Source: the human T2T-CHM13v2.0 reference genome, Homo sapiens
Direction: 5' to 3' (one strand)
Length of the DNA: 64,000 bases
NCBI RefSeq assembly: GCF_009914755.1
Contig: NC_060933.1
Below are positions 1 to 22,199 of this stretch, one piece after another. Numbering within the stretch: position 1 is the stretch's first letter; each line of letters begins with the position of its first letter. Under the pieces are notes generated by a model, which did no database searches, was not told the origin of the DNA, and saw nothing but the letters and a program-made list of their open reading frames with translations. A program made the translations under genes and the position numbers.

Positions 1-5978
<5,978 letters not shown>

Positions 5979-6790
5979 GTTTTACATTTCTATGTAATAT
6001 AATAAGAGCAGCATATGAGCAGCATGTGAGGGTTCCAGTTTTTCACATCCTCACTTGTTATTATCTCTTTTTCTATTATAGCCATTCCTAATGGGTATGA
6101 AGCGGTGTCTCACTATGGTTTTGATTTGTATTTGTTTGATGGCTAATGATGTTGAGGTTCCTTTCATATGCTTATTGGCCATATTCTTTGGGGGAAATGT
6201 TTACTTAGTTCATTTGCTCATTTTTTAAACTAGATTGTTTTTGATTACTGAGTTGTAACATTTCCTTATATATGCTAGATAGAGGTGTCATCAGATACAT
6301 GATTTGTAAAAATTTTCCCTTGTTCTATGAATTCTATGAATTATCTTTTCATTTTCTTGGTGTCTTTGGAAGCATAAAAGTTTCCAATTTTGATTTTGTC
6401 CAGTTTTTCTATTTTTCTTTTGTTGCTCTTGCTTTTAGTGTCATATCTAAGAAACCAATGCCTAATCCAAGGTCATAAAGACTATGTCTATGTTTTCTTC
6501 TAAGAGTTTGGTAATTTAGTTCTTACATTGAGATCTTTGATCCATTTCAAGTTAATTCTGTGTATGATGTGAGGTAGGAGTCCCTTAGCTTCTGCATATG
6601 CACTTTTCCCAGCACCATTTATTGAAAATACTCTTCTTTCCCCATTTAATTACCTTAGCACCCTTATCAAAAATCGGTTAGCTATAGATATATGGTCATA
6701 TTTCTGGACTCACAATTTTAGTCCATTGATATATATGTCTATCCCTATGCCTATACTACATTGTTTTGTTATGGTAGCTTTAGAGTAAGT
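5979..6790 (-). mobile_element. Old L1M fragment
   Basis: Degenerate antisense L1 3' ORF2 phrases (tatagccattcctaatggg, ccagcaccatttattgaa). Confidence 0.7.
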
Positions 6791-7054
6791 ATAACTGCTT
6801 TATGTTAAAATATTAACCTATATAATCTTCTGCCAGTGGTAGGTTTTCCCTTATTTTCTCATTTTTGAGACTAATTTTCCAACTTAATTTGGCTTATAGA
6901 AACCTACAAAAAGTATTGTTAAATATTTTTCATTTTCTTAATACTGCAAATCAAACTCAAAGGAAAGTTGGGAGGGGGTGTGCTGTTTAACTCAGGCAAC
7001 TAGTGTTCTCAGAATATACCTGGGCTCCAAATATGAATCAGTAAAAAAGATCTA

Positions 7055-7393
<339 letters not shown>

Positions 7394-7603
7394 TCATAAT
7401 AGGATATGCTATTTTTCGATATTTATGCAATTTGTAAAAGATATCCTAATGTCATCGTCAGTTATAGTATTGTCCTTAGAATAAGACATATTATTTTTAG
7501 ATATTGTTTATGCAACTTGGAAAAGATGTCTAACCTCCCCATCAATTGTTTTTATTGAATGTCTATATTTCCTTCATAAATTCATTAAAAATATTTTCAA
7601 CAG

Positions 7604-7683
7604 GTTAACAGATACAAAAGAAAAGATAAATCAGTTTATTGAAGAAATTAGACAACTTGACATGGATTTAGAGGAACACCAAG
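7604..7683 (+). CDS. IFT74: IFT74 internal coding exon (probably exon 13), (Q)[26 protein letters not shown](G)
   Basis: Acceptor ttttcaacag, donor CAAG|gtatgc. 80 nt. Translation matches the IFT74 coiled-coil sequence as I recall it and stays in frame with all downstream exons. Confidence 0.95.
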
Positions 7684-8044
7684 GTATGCTTCTGGTATTT
7701 TTATAATGTAGATTAACAGATGTTTAGCAGTATTAATATAGTGTTAACTGGTGTCTCAGAGACTGTTCAACTACCTGGGATTTATTATTTAATTCTCTAT
7801 GATATTACTAACTTTACTAAAATATATACTGTATGAGTAATATTAAAGCAATGATTTAAACTGACCACTTATGAGTTAAAATGATTGCATAAAATTTATT
7901 TAGCTTTGCCAAGCAGTTTGTTTTTTTTTTTACAAAAACAGAAGTAAAATGTTTAAAGTTGTTAGAGATTCCTAAGTTATACTTCCTCCTAAGTTACACT
8001 TCCTTCCTAGTAATAGTCAATAGTTTACTATAAACAATATAGTC

Positions 8045-8345
8045 GGCCGGGTGTGGTGGCTCACGCCTGTAATCCCAGCATTTTGGGAAGCTGAGGCGGG
8101 CAGATCATCGGAGGTCGGGAGTTCGAGACCAGCCTGACCAACATGGAGAAACCACATCTCTACTAAAAATACAAAAATTAGCCGGGCGTGGTGGCACAGG
8201 CCTGTAATCCCAGCTATTCGGAAAGGCTGAGGCAGGAGAATCACTTGAACTCGGAGGCAGAGGTTGCGGTGAGTCAAGATCGCACCACTGCACTCCATCC
8301 TGGGCCACAAGAGTGAAACTCGGTCTCAATAAATAAATAAATTAA
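8045..8345 (+). mobile_element. Alu (AluS)
   Basis: Dimeric Alu; TSD aatatagtc. Confidence 0.95.
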
Positions 8346-8853
8346 TTAAATAATAATAATATAGTCAACTACTAATGGCAGTAACTGGTAGCGTTAGAGG
8401 GGATGAAAATCAAATCACAAATACCACACAAATAATCCAGACAGAATTAATTCCCCACCCAGGTCTAGTAATGAAGTAGCAAAGACTGATTAACCTTATC
8501 CTCCCCAACTTTCCCCAGGAGTGGAATTTGAAGAACTAATGCAGGTACCAGAACACCTGAGGGAGCTTGGGGTTTGACTATGTAGAAATACTGTGGTGGG
8601 GGTTTGGGTGTGGGGGCTACATTGTTATTTATGGTTAAAGGAGGAGGTTGAGCATCAGTTTCCTAACAAGCTTCTCCCTAATAAGAAAGATAAAAGTAGA
8701 TTCTCCATAGCATTTTAATCATAGTTTAACTGCAAACCAGTTACTATGCTCTTGGATTATCAAGAATTGATTGTATATTCTTATGAGTTAGGTATGGTAT
8801 AAACAGTGTGCACATGTACATGTATTCTTGTTATGGCTAAGGAAACATTCATA

Positions 8854-9195
<342 letters not shown>

Positions 9196-9566
9196 CTAAC
9201 TAGAAACAATGAGAAATAGCTCTAATGAAAGTTATATGGTCAGAATTTGGCTACAAGCTCTGCATCATTAGTAAAGCGGAGTATTATTGGCAGATGTCAT
9301 GCTACTTTCCAAAAAGCCTGAACCCATCCTGATTTCTCCTTTCTTAGTTGAAATGCCAACAATTGCATATTTGCTTAATTATTGCTTTTTAAAATATTGG
9401 CTCTGTATAAGCAAGGGAAAGTAATAGAAAAAGTATTGTTCTTCCAAGTAAAGCAGAACACACCAAGTGGACAATAGCAGCTTATATTTTCACTCAACAT
9501 GGGATACTATTTTTAATAAGGATGTTTTTATCCTCAAGGCTTACTTCTAACATATAGCCAAGTGAC

Positions 9567-9740
9567 TTTTTTGTTTTTAAATGGAGATGAATCTTGCTGT
9601 GTTGGCCAGGCTAGAGTGCAGTGACTATTTACAGGCATGATCATAGCTTACTGTGGCCTTGAACTCCTGGGCTCAAGCAGTCCTACTGCCTCAGCCTTCC
9701 AAGTAGCCGGGACTACAGGTCCATGTTACTGTGCCCAGCT
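9567..9740 (-). mobile_element. Alu monomer (FRAM-like/AluJ arm)
   Basis: Single antisense right-arm-like monomer. Confidence 0.85.
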
Positions 9741-9776
9741 TGTTTTTGTTAAGGAATCTGTTAAGAAATTCTTTTA

Positions 9777-10058
<282 letters not shown>

Positions 10059-10177
10059 GAAATTCTTTTATTCTTACTACAGATTAATACTTGAGAGTTT
10101 ATATCTTATATTGAAGTCCTTCAGAGTAAATAGTTTCTTCGACCACTTAGCTGAAATCAGGCCCTTAACTTTACTCA

Positions 10178-10589
10178 TTTTTTTTTTTTTTTTTAATGAG
10201 ATAGGGTCTTTCTGTCACCCAGGCTGGAGTACAGTGGTGTGACAACATAGCTCACTGCAGCCTCAAACTCCTGGGCTCAAGTGATCCTCTTGCCTTAGCT
10301 AAATAAAATAATAAATAAAATAAAATAAAATAAAATAAAATAAAATAAAATAAAATAAAATAAATAAAATAAAATGTAAAATAAAATAAAATAAAATGTA
10401 AAATAAACTCCTGAGTAGCTAGGACTACAGGTGCACACCACCATGCCCAGCTAATTGTTGAAAACTTTTTTTGTAGGGACAGGGTTTTGCTCTGTTGCCC
10501 AGGCTGATCTCAACGTGCTTGGCTCTAGCAGTCTTTCTGCCTTGGCCTCCTAAAGTGTGGGGATTACAGGTGTGAGCCACTGTGCCTGG
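10178..10589 (-). mobile_element. AluJ interrupted by a (TAAAA)n tract
   Basis: Antisense Alu; pentamer repeat at 10300-10407. Confidence 0.9.
10300..10407 (+). repeat. (TAAAA)n microsatellite
   Basis: Direct reading. Confidence 0.95.
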
Positions 10590-11165
10590 TGTTTTACTCT
10601 TTACTAGTGTATTCCCTTACATTGAATAAATTCTATAAAGAACAGCATTACTATTATAAGACATGTCAAAGCCTTACACAAATCACAAAAAAAGTGATCA
10701 GTTTTCTATGCAAAAATACTGAGCCTTTTGAAATCAGGGTAGTTCTCAGCTTCACCCAATGCTGGCTTAGATTTCAACTTTCTCAAGTCTGCTAGGTCAG
10801 TTACCAGTTCTCCATCTCCTTTCAGCTTCCAAAATGTTATTGCTGTTGTCTCCTATTTCTATATGCTGGGGGTTTCTACCTTTAAAAATTCTTTTTGCTA
10901 TAGTTTTAGTGGGGTTTGCGGGAGGATCAAAATTAGATGTGCATGTTCAACGTGCCATTCATACCAGGAAATGACAATTATAAGCCTTAATTACCTAGAA
11001 TTTCTGAAACTTTAAGCACCTTGAAGGTAGATCATTTTACTTATTTTTAAAAAGATTTTTTTTGTGTGTTTTGCCTTAAATGACCATCCTCATGCTTTCA
11101 TTAACTGGGCAATTAGCCTCAGCTTATAGGAGGTCATCCTTTTCAGCTTAAAAAAAAAGTGTCCT

Positions 11166-11468
<303 letters not shown>

Positions 11469-11854
11469 GTCTTTTAAACTACTTAAAATTATTTTAAAGA
11501 TTCAGATTAATTTTTTAAAATTGTAATTTTAAATATGAATCTGGCATGTATTTAACATGAAAAATGCAAGCAGAAAAGTATATAAAGTAAAATGTCATCT
11601 CCTTTCTCCTCATCCAAGTCTTCAGAGGTAATCATGGTTTACAGTTTAATGTTTAGGCTTTTAGACTTTTAATACATTGATAAACATATTTTTAAATGGA
11701 GTAATACTAATATACAGTTCTTCTGAGCTTGAGTCTTTTCATTTAACTGTATAATATACATTCTTCCCTATGAGGATGTATACTTCATTCTGAGAAATGG
11801 TATAGCATAGTGGTCAATGTTAGGGCTCTAAAGTCAGACTTAAGAATGGTGCCT

Positions 11855-12174
11855 GGTACAGGTGTGGTGGCTCATGCCTATAATCCTAGCACTTTGGGAG
11901 GCTGAGGGGGGTGGATTGCTTGAGCTCAGAAGTTCGAGACCAGCCTGGGCAACAGGGCGAAAACCTGTCTCTACAAAAAAATACAAAAATTAGCCAGGCA
12001 TGGTGATGTGTGTTTGACTTGTAGTCCCAGCTATTTGCTAAGGTAGGATGATTACTTGAACCTCGGAAGTCGAGGCTGCAGTAAGCCGAAATCACTCCAA
12101 CCAAAATCATGCCACTGCACTTCAGCCTGGATAACAAAGTGAGACCCTGTCTCAAAAAAAAAAAAAAAAAAAAA
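11855..12174 (+). mobile_element. Alu (AluJ)
   Basis: Dimeric Alu; TSD aatggtgcct. Confidence 0.92.
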
Positions 12175-12961
12175 TGGTGCCTGGTGCACATTAAGCGCTT
12201 CTGACAACCATTAGCTACCCCTATGATTGTTGTTACATAGGATTCATTGTATCCACATTGATATTTAGGCTGTTTCTAATTTTTTACTCCCAAGAACAGT
12301 GCTGCACTAGTACATTCATGTTTATAACTTGTCTGTTTATTTCCACAGAATAAATTTCTAGAAGTGAAATTTTGAATGGAATATTATTTATATTTACAAC
12401 TGGTTTGCAAATTTCTTCCCAGAAAAGGTTGTATTATGTTATACAACCAAAAGCAGTATGTGAAGGTGGTTCCTTACCAATGCTAGCCATAAGTTTTTTA
12501 GTTTTTGTCAGTCAAGATAAGGTACACATCACTGACAGTTCCGAAGTTTTGACTGTTAGGCCTGAATTTGTAGTACCACCGCGATCCACAAGATGGGGCT
12601 AATTTTCTGAGCATCTATTAATATATACACAGTAGGATTGACAAATAGAGTTAACAAATGTTGTACGGTCACTGTCATATGTCTCTCCAGGAGGGATTAT
12701 TGGGCATTATTACTCACCAAAAATGATTACTTTCCAGATTCAAGTATTTTCCCAAATGTGGAGTTGATTGTAAAACCAAATATATGATTATTAAAATACC
12801 ATAATACATATAAATAACTAGTTGCTACAATGTGGTAAATATGTCATAATAGAAATATATGCAAAGTGCTATAGGAATATTGAATTACTGTCTTAAATTC
12901 TGAATGAATTCATTGTAACTTTCTGCATAATATATATGTGTCATTCAAAGTAGTAAAATAA

Positions 12962-13605
<644 letters not shown>

Positions 13606-14019
13606 ACTTAATTATTAATAGTCTAATGTTGGCTGGAAGCCTTACCAATAACATAAATGGTAAACATATATAAACACAAAACACATTCATAATAGCAGTC
13701 AATTTAAAATATGCTCATAAATATTAATTAGTGACTTATTGTTAATGCTGTTACTTTATAAAAGCAAAATTGAATAACTTTACTGCAGTTATTTTCCCAA
13801 AGCATACATTAGAAAGTATTTTCCCGTCAGTATTTCCTTCAGGATGTACAAAATAACCTATTTAGTTTCAAAGTGGTTTATCTTCTGGTATCTGAGATTT
13901 CAAATGGCATCTATCCATTACTATTCTGTGGTTTTCCAACATATATCTGCTGAAGAAGAATGAATTATTATTGTTCAATCTAGAAATTGTTTAAACTATA
14001 CATTGAATCTTTCATTAAA

Positions 14020-14199
14020 ATGGTGGTATTACATCTACACCAGGATCATCACCACCATCTGAAACTTGTTAGAAATGCAAATTCTTGGGCTCTACCCCAG
14101 ACCTATTGAATTTGAAACCCTAAGGAGAGGGCTCAGCAATTTGTGTTTCAGTAAGTCCTCCTGGTGATTCTGATTCATGTTAAAGTTTTATAACCACTA
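14020..14199. mobile_element. MER5A-like hAT element
   Basis: catcacc...gaaacttgttagaaatgcaaattcttgggc...ggtgattctgat...aaccact. Confidence 0.75.
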
Positions 14200-14452
14200 C
14201 TTTCGAAAATGATTAAGGACCATATGTTTAGTATATGCTGCTTACTACCAATTATACTGTATGATTTTATATACAGTACTCTGTTGGAACAAACTTCTAC
14301 ATAGTCCTTTTGTTTTACATAATTAGATAATAAAAATTATACAATTTATACAATATGTAAAAATTATAATTACAGTTTTTAAAGTGCCTCCTGTCTTTAG
14401 AAATAGAATTATCTGATCTTGTTTGCATACCTGTAATTTAAAATTTAAAATG

Positions 14453-14883
14453 TAGTTGACCCTTCAAGACAGCATTGGGATTAGGGGCACTGAGTGTGCC
14501 ATGCAGTCAAAAATCCATGTATAACTTTTGACTCCATAAAAACTTAATTATCAAAGGTCTACTGTTGGCTGGAAGCCTTACCAATAACATAAACAGTTAA
14601 CACTATTTTGTATGTATTATATACTGTATTCTTACAATAAAGTAAGCTAGAGAAAAGAAAATGTTATTAAGAGAACTATAAAGATTTTTATTATTTTCCA
14701 CTTACTAATGAAATGGAAGTAGGTCATTATAAAGGTCTTCATCCTCATTGTCTTCACATTGAGTAGACTGAGGAAGAGGAGGAAGAGTTTGGTCTTGCTA
14801 TCTCAGGGGTAGCAGAGGCAGAAGAAAATCTGCATGTAAGTAGACCCACCAAGTTCAAACCTCTGTTTTTCAAGGGTCAACTG
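14453..14883. mobile_element. Tigger2a (MER28-like) non-autonomous DNA transposon
   Basis: TIRs tagttgacccttcaa / ttcaagggtcaactg followed by TA; interior matches the consensus as I recall it. Confidence 0.85.
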
Positions 14884-15029
14884 TATTTCCCAGAGAATGT
14901 ATATTTAGAAAATTGGGTGAAACCTAATGCCAAAGTTAGTTTAAAACATTAAGCTTATATGTACTCTTTTTACCACAGCAATTTTGTAATATAGTCAATT
15001 CTTTGTACCCACGGGTTCTTCATCTGCAG

Positions 15030-15094
15030 ATCCTACCAACTATGGATGGAAAATACTTGAAAAAAATACAGGAAGTTTCAAAAAGCAAGTTTGA
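15030..15094 (+). CDS. IFT74: Alternative terminal exon of IFT74, transposon-derived, DPTNYGWKILEKNTGSFKKQV*
   Basis: Acceptor ttcttcatctgcag. Phase 1 matches the end of exon 7604-7683 (G|AT). TGA at 15092-15094. AATAAA at 15355 and 15408. The resulting length matches a short (~372 aa) isoform I recall. Confidence 0.7.
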
Positions 15095-15516
15095 ACCTGC
15101 CATGTGCTAAGCACTATGCTGAATCCATTTGAACTGAAGAATACCCTGCTATAGCCTCCCATTGTTTCACAGATCTTCAGTCTCTCTCTAGCACCCACTG
15201 TTTGAGCAGTGTTCATCTGGCATTTTATTCATTGGCTACTTGTGTTCACTCTTTGCTTCTGTGAAAAAAAAAAGACTCCTAAAAATCAATTATATGGTGA
15301 AAGAAATCCCTTACAGACTAAGAGAGAGCGTAAAGTGCTGTCTCTCAACAAGAAAATAAAATTCTTAGATCTTTTGAAAAGTGGCGTGTGATTTACCAAA
15401 GTGACACAATAAAACAGAAGGAAGCTGAAGCTGACATTTGTGGAAGTTTTAGTGCTGCCCCTACAATGGCAAAAAAAATTATTGCTGTGATTCATGATAA
15501 AATGCTTGCAGAGACT

Positions 15517-15829
<313 letters not shown>

Positions 15830-16790
15830 CTAAGAAAACATCAAATGTATGAGTAGACAAAATATCACAGAAGCATGTCCCTGTTGATGGCAAAATTATG
15901 TATGAAAAAGCATTTAGCCTTTGTGAGCATTCCTATGAGGAAGTTGAAGAGAGTGAGAGGAAGGAATTTAAGGATAGTAAGGGATGACTAGCTAGCTGTG
16001 GAAAGTAGTACAGCCACACGAACTTAAAGATCACAGGAGAATCAGCATTAGCTGATGACCAGGCAGTATCAGCATTCCCAGAAGAGCTCAAGAAACTCAG
16101 AAGACAAAGGATACCTTTCATAGCAAGTCTTCAGTTGTGTTGAAAGAAACTTGTTATAGAAGAAGAGGCCTAATACCTACATCCGTAAGAGTGTCAAGCA
16201 GGCTTTGGGGTTCAAAGCCTGGAAAGATCGTTTTACTCTGGTGCTATGTGGCAACACAGCAGGTTACATGGTCAAGCCAGGTCTTGTGTACCAAGCAAAC
16301 AGTCCCTGGGTCCTTAAGAACAAAATCAAAAATTGCCTACCTGTGTTCTGGCAACACAATAGGAAGGCTTGGGTGATGGCCATCTTGTTCCTGGAATTCA
16401 GTTTTATTCCTAAAATGAAGAAATACCTGGAAGAGAACAGGGTGCCATTCAAGGTCATCCTCATAATTGACATTACTCACAGCCATCCCTGATCTCTCTA
16501 CTTCACTAATGACAATGTTGCAGTGATGTTCTTGCCTAAGGCAAGTACTACCTCACTGTTTTAGCCATTTGATCGAGGCATCAGCAAGTGCATTAAATGA
16601 CTTACACCCACCTCACCTTTGGGAGGATTTGTGCTGTCCTTGATGCTAACCTTGACTACAGTGTCATGGATTTATGGAAGAGCTTTACAATTGCAAATGT
16701 AGTTGTGCTTTTTACAGAGGCTGTAGATGCCCCAAAGCCCAAGACAGTCAGTGCATGTTGGAAGCCATTATGGAATGAGGTAGTCAGTGA

Positions 16791-17156
<366 letters not shown>

Positions 17157-17765
17157 CAGGAATATCTTGAATGTTGCAAAGGAAGTTGATGAGGAATGCT
17201 TCTCTGACATGATCAAGGGTGACTTCGAGGAACACATAGAAGAGCATAGAGAAACCCTTACCAACAAGGAACTCAAGGTTCTGCTGAAATTCTCTACAGG
17301 AGATGATGACAGTGATAACAGATTTAGCAGAAACAGAGTCCTCAATTTGGATACTTGAAAAATTTGCAGCAGTTTTTCAACAGGTGCAAGTGTTAAAGGG
17401 TATGATCCTTCAGTGGAACAAAGCCTCCGTGTCACCTGAGGGATAGCAACATGCCTACAAGCACTGCAAGAGTTGTTTGATGCTTCAAGAAAAAAGGAGA
17501 AACAGCTTCCTAGAACAATGTTCCCAACTAAAGCCGTCTGTATTATGAAGCCTCGACCTTAAACGCTTGAAGATTCTTCCAGCATAAATGATCTTTCCGA
17601 TGTCCTGTTAGAAGGTTCAAGTTAGCCTTGTGTTTCACCACTTACCTACAGTGCTGCGCATCTCACCACCTCACCATATGGGCACCATGGGCACCAAATA
17701 GAAATTATAATCGTCATCATCGTCAAATGAGGGTTATCAAGAGAGAAAAGCGACAGTTTATGCTT

Positions 17766-18128
17766 CTTTTTTTTTAATTTTTAAATTTTTTGTAAAGACA
17801 GGATTCACTATTTTGCCCAGGCTCGTCTCGAACTCGCAGCCTCAAGCAGTCCTCTTATCTTGGCCTCCCAAAGTATTGGGATCATAGGTGTGAGCCACTG
17901 TGCTCAGCCAGAAGAGCCAGAGTTTTGATGCGTCTTAATGTACTCTTTCAGGTCATTAAATGAAAGTCATCTGCAAGTGTTGATAGAAAATGTGGCTGGG
18001 CGTGGTGGCTCATGCCTGTAATTCCAACACTGTGGGAGGCTGAGGCAGGAGGATTTCTTGAGGTCAGGAGCTTGAAATCAGCCTGGACAACATAGACCCC
18101 ATTTCTATTTTTAAAATAAAAATAAAAC
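17766..18128. mobile_element. Two head-to-head Alu monomers (minus 17766-17909, plus 17993-18128)
   Basis: FLAM-like left-arm monomers about 85 nt apart. Confidence 0.8.
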
Positions 18129-18789
18129 AAAAAGTGTTACATTGTTGCTGATGTATACTGTGTAGTTTGCCCTACAGTGGTTGCATCTGTACTGAACATG
18201 TACAGTCTTATTTTCCTTGTCATTATTCCCTAGACAACACAGTGTAACAACCATTTACAATATATTAGGTATCATAAGTAATCTAGGGATGATTTAAAGT
18301 ATGTAGCAGGAGGGTATATGTAGGTTATATGCAAATACTGTGCCATTTTATGTAAAAGACTTGAACATCCTCAGGTTTTGTTATCTACAGAGGGGTGGGG
18401 GTACTGAAACCAGTCCCCATCAGATACCAAGGAATGACTATTTTATATACTAACTTGCTGCTTACTGTAATAATGGTATGTGAAAAGTAGATGGGAGAGA
18501 TAGACTGAATGCAAAAAGATGGAATTTTATAGGCCCCCACAACTAATTAAAATTGAAATAGGAGTCAGGGAGGAGAAAGTGTTCTGGCTCACTAAAATAT
18601 GTGAAAATGTTAGAAGGGGTTTAGATAACTCAATATGAATTAATGTGATACAGCCTTGAAAACGGCTGAAATCCTAGATTGCATAACAAAAAATGGTTAT
18701 GTAGACTATGGAGAGTGACATCTTCTTGGAATCTTAAGTTTCTTGGCATAATATGTTAAAAGGGTTAGAGAAAAACTAGAGCTCGTTCA

Positions 18790-19146
<357 letters not shown>

Positions 19147-22100
19147 GAAGGAAAGGTACTGGGAGACTTTGCGTGCTTCAGAAGTATTCCAAGTGCTAAG
19201 AAACAGTCTGGCTGTGCAAAAGTCCTGTGGAGTTTTTTCTTGCCCCGTCTCCCTGATTTTGTTTTCTGTTGACCTTTCAACTCCAAAATCAGTAGGCTTT
19301 GCTGAGTTGGGGACCTTGAGTTCAGGAGAGTTACTAGTACATGCCTTGTTGTGTATTGATCAGGAGAGAAGATTGGGATAGCCACCTATTTGGAAAATGG
19401 TAATCAGACCTTCTTAGGGGCAGAACTACTTCTCAGAGTATAAAAGCCTATAAAGCCTGAGTCAGGAGAACGTCATTTGATGCCAGAGAAGTAAAAGTAT
19501 GGGGTGAACTTCCCTTGCAGTGAGGACAGAGGTAGTTTTGGTGGTGCTCAGACTATTGGCAGTGCAAGAAGAGCATATCTCCCTTACTGCACTGCTGGCT
19601 ATAGCAGAGACTATAAAAAAGCAATGGTGTCCTTTCTACAGTAGCCCGTCTTTTGTTAACAGCACATACGCATTTCTTCTTTCCTACTTGAGGGATGAAA
19701 AAGCCTGAATTTATAGTATACATTTTTGTATACTTGTCTTATTAGAGTATAAATTCTTCAGAGGAAAATATTTTACTTTTTTCTTTAATCCCCATGTTAC
19801 CCGATAAAGTACCTTGCTGGTATAATTCCTGTGTAAAATCCTCCTGAAGTCTTTTCACGCATCTGGTTACCACAGCACTTCATACATTCCTGTCAGAGCA
19901 CTTATGTTGCATTATAAATTTTTGGTTTTGTACACCTAATGGAGTGTAAGCCCTTTGAGAATAGGGTGGAAACTGTCTTACTCAGTTTGATATCCCAAAA
20001 CCTATTACAGTATCTGGCACTTAGTATCTGATAATCAGTAAATTTATCGGAAATAAATAAATGAGTATAGAAGTATGCGCACATCAAATGCTCCGAATTA
20101 AAGGATATCTCCAAAATTACCTTCCTTTTACCGTTGTGTCCCTTTCCCTCTCCCTTGGTCTCCTCATTGTTGATTCTACTACATTAGACCCTTCTGCTTA
20201 CTTGCTGGTACCTCCATTGTGATACACTGATTTGCTTCCGTCTATCTACAATCTCATCCTGTCCTGTGATATTGAATCTAAGGATATATTTGCTAAAAAC
20301 CATTATGTTTTACCCTACCTTAGGACTGCCTACATTTACACTGCCTTTATGAGCAACTCAGATACTAATCCTCCACTGAGAAATCACCAAATAGAGAAGT
20401 TCACTAATGCTCTGACCACTCTCCTTCTTAGCAATAGTGATATTGGAGGAAGTTTTATGAAGCTTGGGAATCTGCTGAGATGTGTAGGAGCTCTGTCCCA
20501 TCTAATCCAGCTGGCCAGCTGTACAGCTGTAAATGTTAACCAGTTACATCTTCCAGCTCAATCTGTTGGCAACTAGGAGGATGACTTTTAGGAGAGAAGG
20601 AGGGAGGAGTCTCCTCTCAGGTTTCTGACTTGAATGATGAATGGATGGTAAGGACAGCCAAATGTAATAGGGAATAAAGAGAGGGAAGACTATGAGTTTA
20701 ATTATGAGTATACTGAGTTAGGATGTCCTGAAAGGGCTTCCAAATCAATATATATAGTAAGCATTTAGATTAAAGAATCTAAAACTCAGAGAATATATTA
20801 AATTTGACAGTTCTTAAACCACAAGAATGTATGAAATTGCCATGGATATAGCGTTAGAAGTTCATTAAGAACAGAACTCTAGAATATAAATGAAGAAGGA
20901 AGCAGACCCATGAAGAGAAGACAGAAAAATAATGATCTGAGAGTAAGAAACGCCAGAGAAGCCCTCCCATCCCCGCAAAAAGCAAAAATAAAACATAGAG
21001 GAAAACAAAGAAAATTGAAAAGTTGTACCAATAGTGTCAAATATTACAGAGTAAGATAACTGACTGCCGTTTGAATTTGATCATTAAGCAGTTGTATAAT
21101 CTCACTGAGAACAATTTCATTGGAACAGGAGGAGGAAAAGCCTCATTGCAGTGTCTTGGGGTTTAAAAGCAAGATGAGAAACTGGAAACATCATGTGTAG
21201 GAATTCTCTTAAGATTAAAAGAAAAAAGATAAGATGATAGTTAAATCCTTGTAAAGTCTAGGATCCAGGCCTCCCTCCTAATCCCTTAATGCCTGACCAG
21301 TCTCCCAAGAGTGGAACTTAAATAGCCAGAACAAGAAACTAGGACTTTCTTGGAAACATGGGCCATGGCAGGTTCAGGAGATAGTAGCTTTTCTGCCACT
21401 TCACATGGGCAATGATATTTATATGCACATCTTCCTCCTATAAGGGTATCCCAGATCATGTGTGCTGCAAACTCCAACTCTTTCTGTTTCCCACTCAAAA
21501 ACCTGTCTGTAGTATATTTTACAAATGTGTGTATATATATAAACACACACACATATACAGACAAAGTTTGTTTAATAACAGAGTACCTCTGGCCTCCTCT
21601 TCACAGTTAATCAGGGGGCGTCAGTGTATTTTGAGACCATGGTTGATCATTTGAACTGAGTAGTAGTTGAGTAAAGTTGCTAATCCATCTAGAGCCTTAT
21701 CTGAGTGGATCCAGGGTTTCCTATTGGTGCTGGGTGTAGCCTGGCTAGGAATTTGTGACCATTAGGTATTTACTGTCCTTAAACATTAGCTTTCACTTGC
21801 AGCTTTTTACTACCAGTAATATTTTGGAAGCCTTAACATAAGATTTTCTCAGCATCAGGGTTGTCGTCAATGAATTTCAGAAAACTCTTCAGACCAGAAG
21901 GCAGAAAAGCTGTTTGCTAATCCACGTCTCTGACTTTGCCATCACCCTTGTGTTCTCATAATTCACTTAATGCCAAGCAAGTATATGCACAGATGGAGGT
22001 TCATGTCTCTGTCTGCTTTCTCTACAGAAGGCAGCTGCCATGTTCCTTCAAAGCTCAGTTTTTCTTACAGTGAAATCCTATTGTCATAAAATAATCATGA

Positions 22101-22199
22101 TCCACTCCTACTAATGGGTCCCTCTGTGAGGCCTAAATGGCAGAATTCATTCATTTTTCTAGGCCTTGGATTTTTGTCTCTTTAGACATGCTTTTCATG

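Noticed and set aside
7566-7603. Possible second U12 intron (tttccttcat upstream of a weak acceptor)
   Set aside because: The motif deviates from CCTTRAC and the donor is outside the window, so it cannot be supported.
8594-8618. G-quadruplex
   Set aside because: Only three G-tracts of three or more.
19200-22150. Processed pseudogene or nested gene in moderately GC-richer intron segments
   Set aside because: No recognisable peptide, polyA/TSD or splice structure. More likely old L2/LTR remnants or unique intron.
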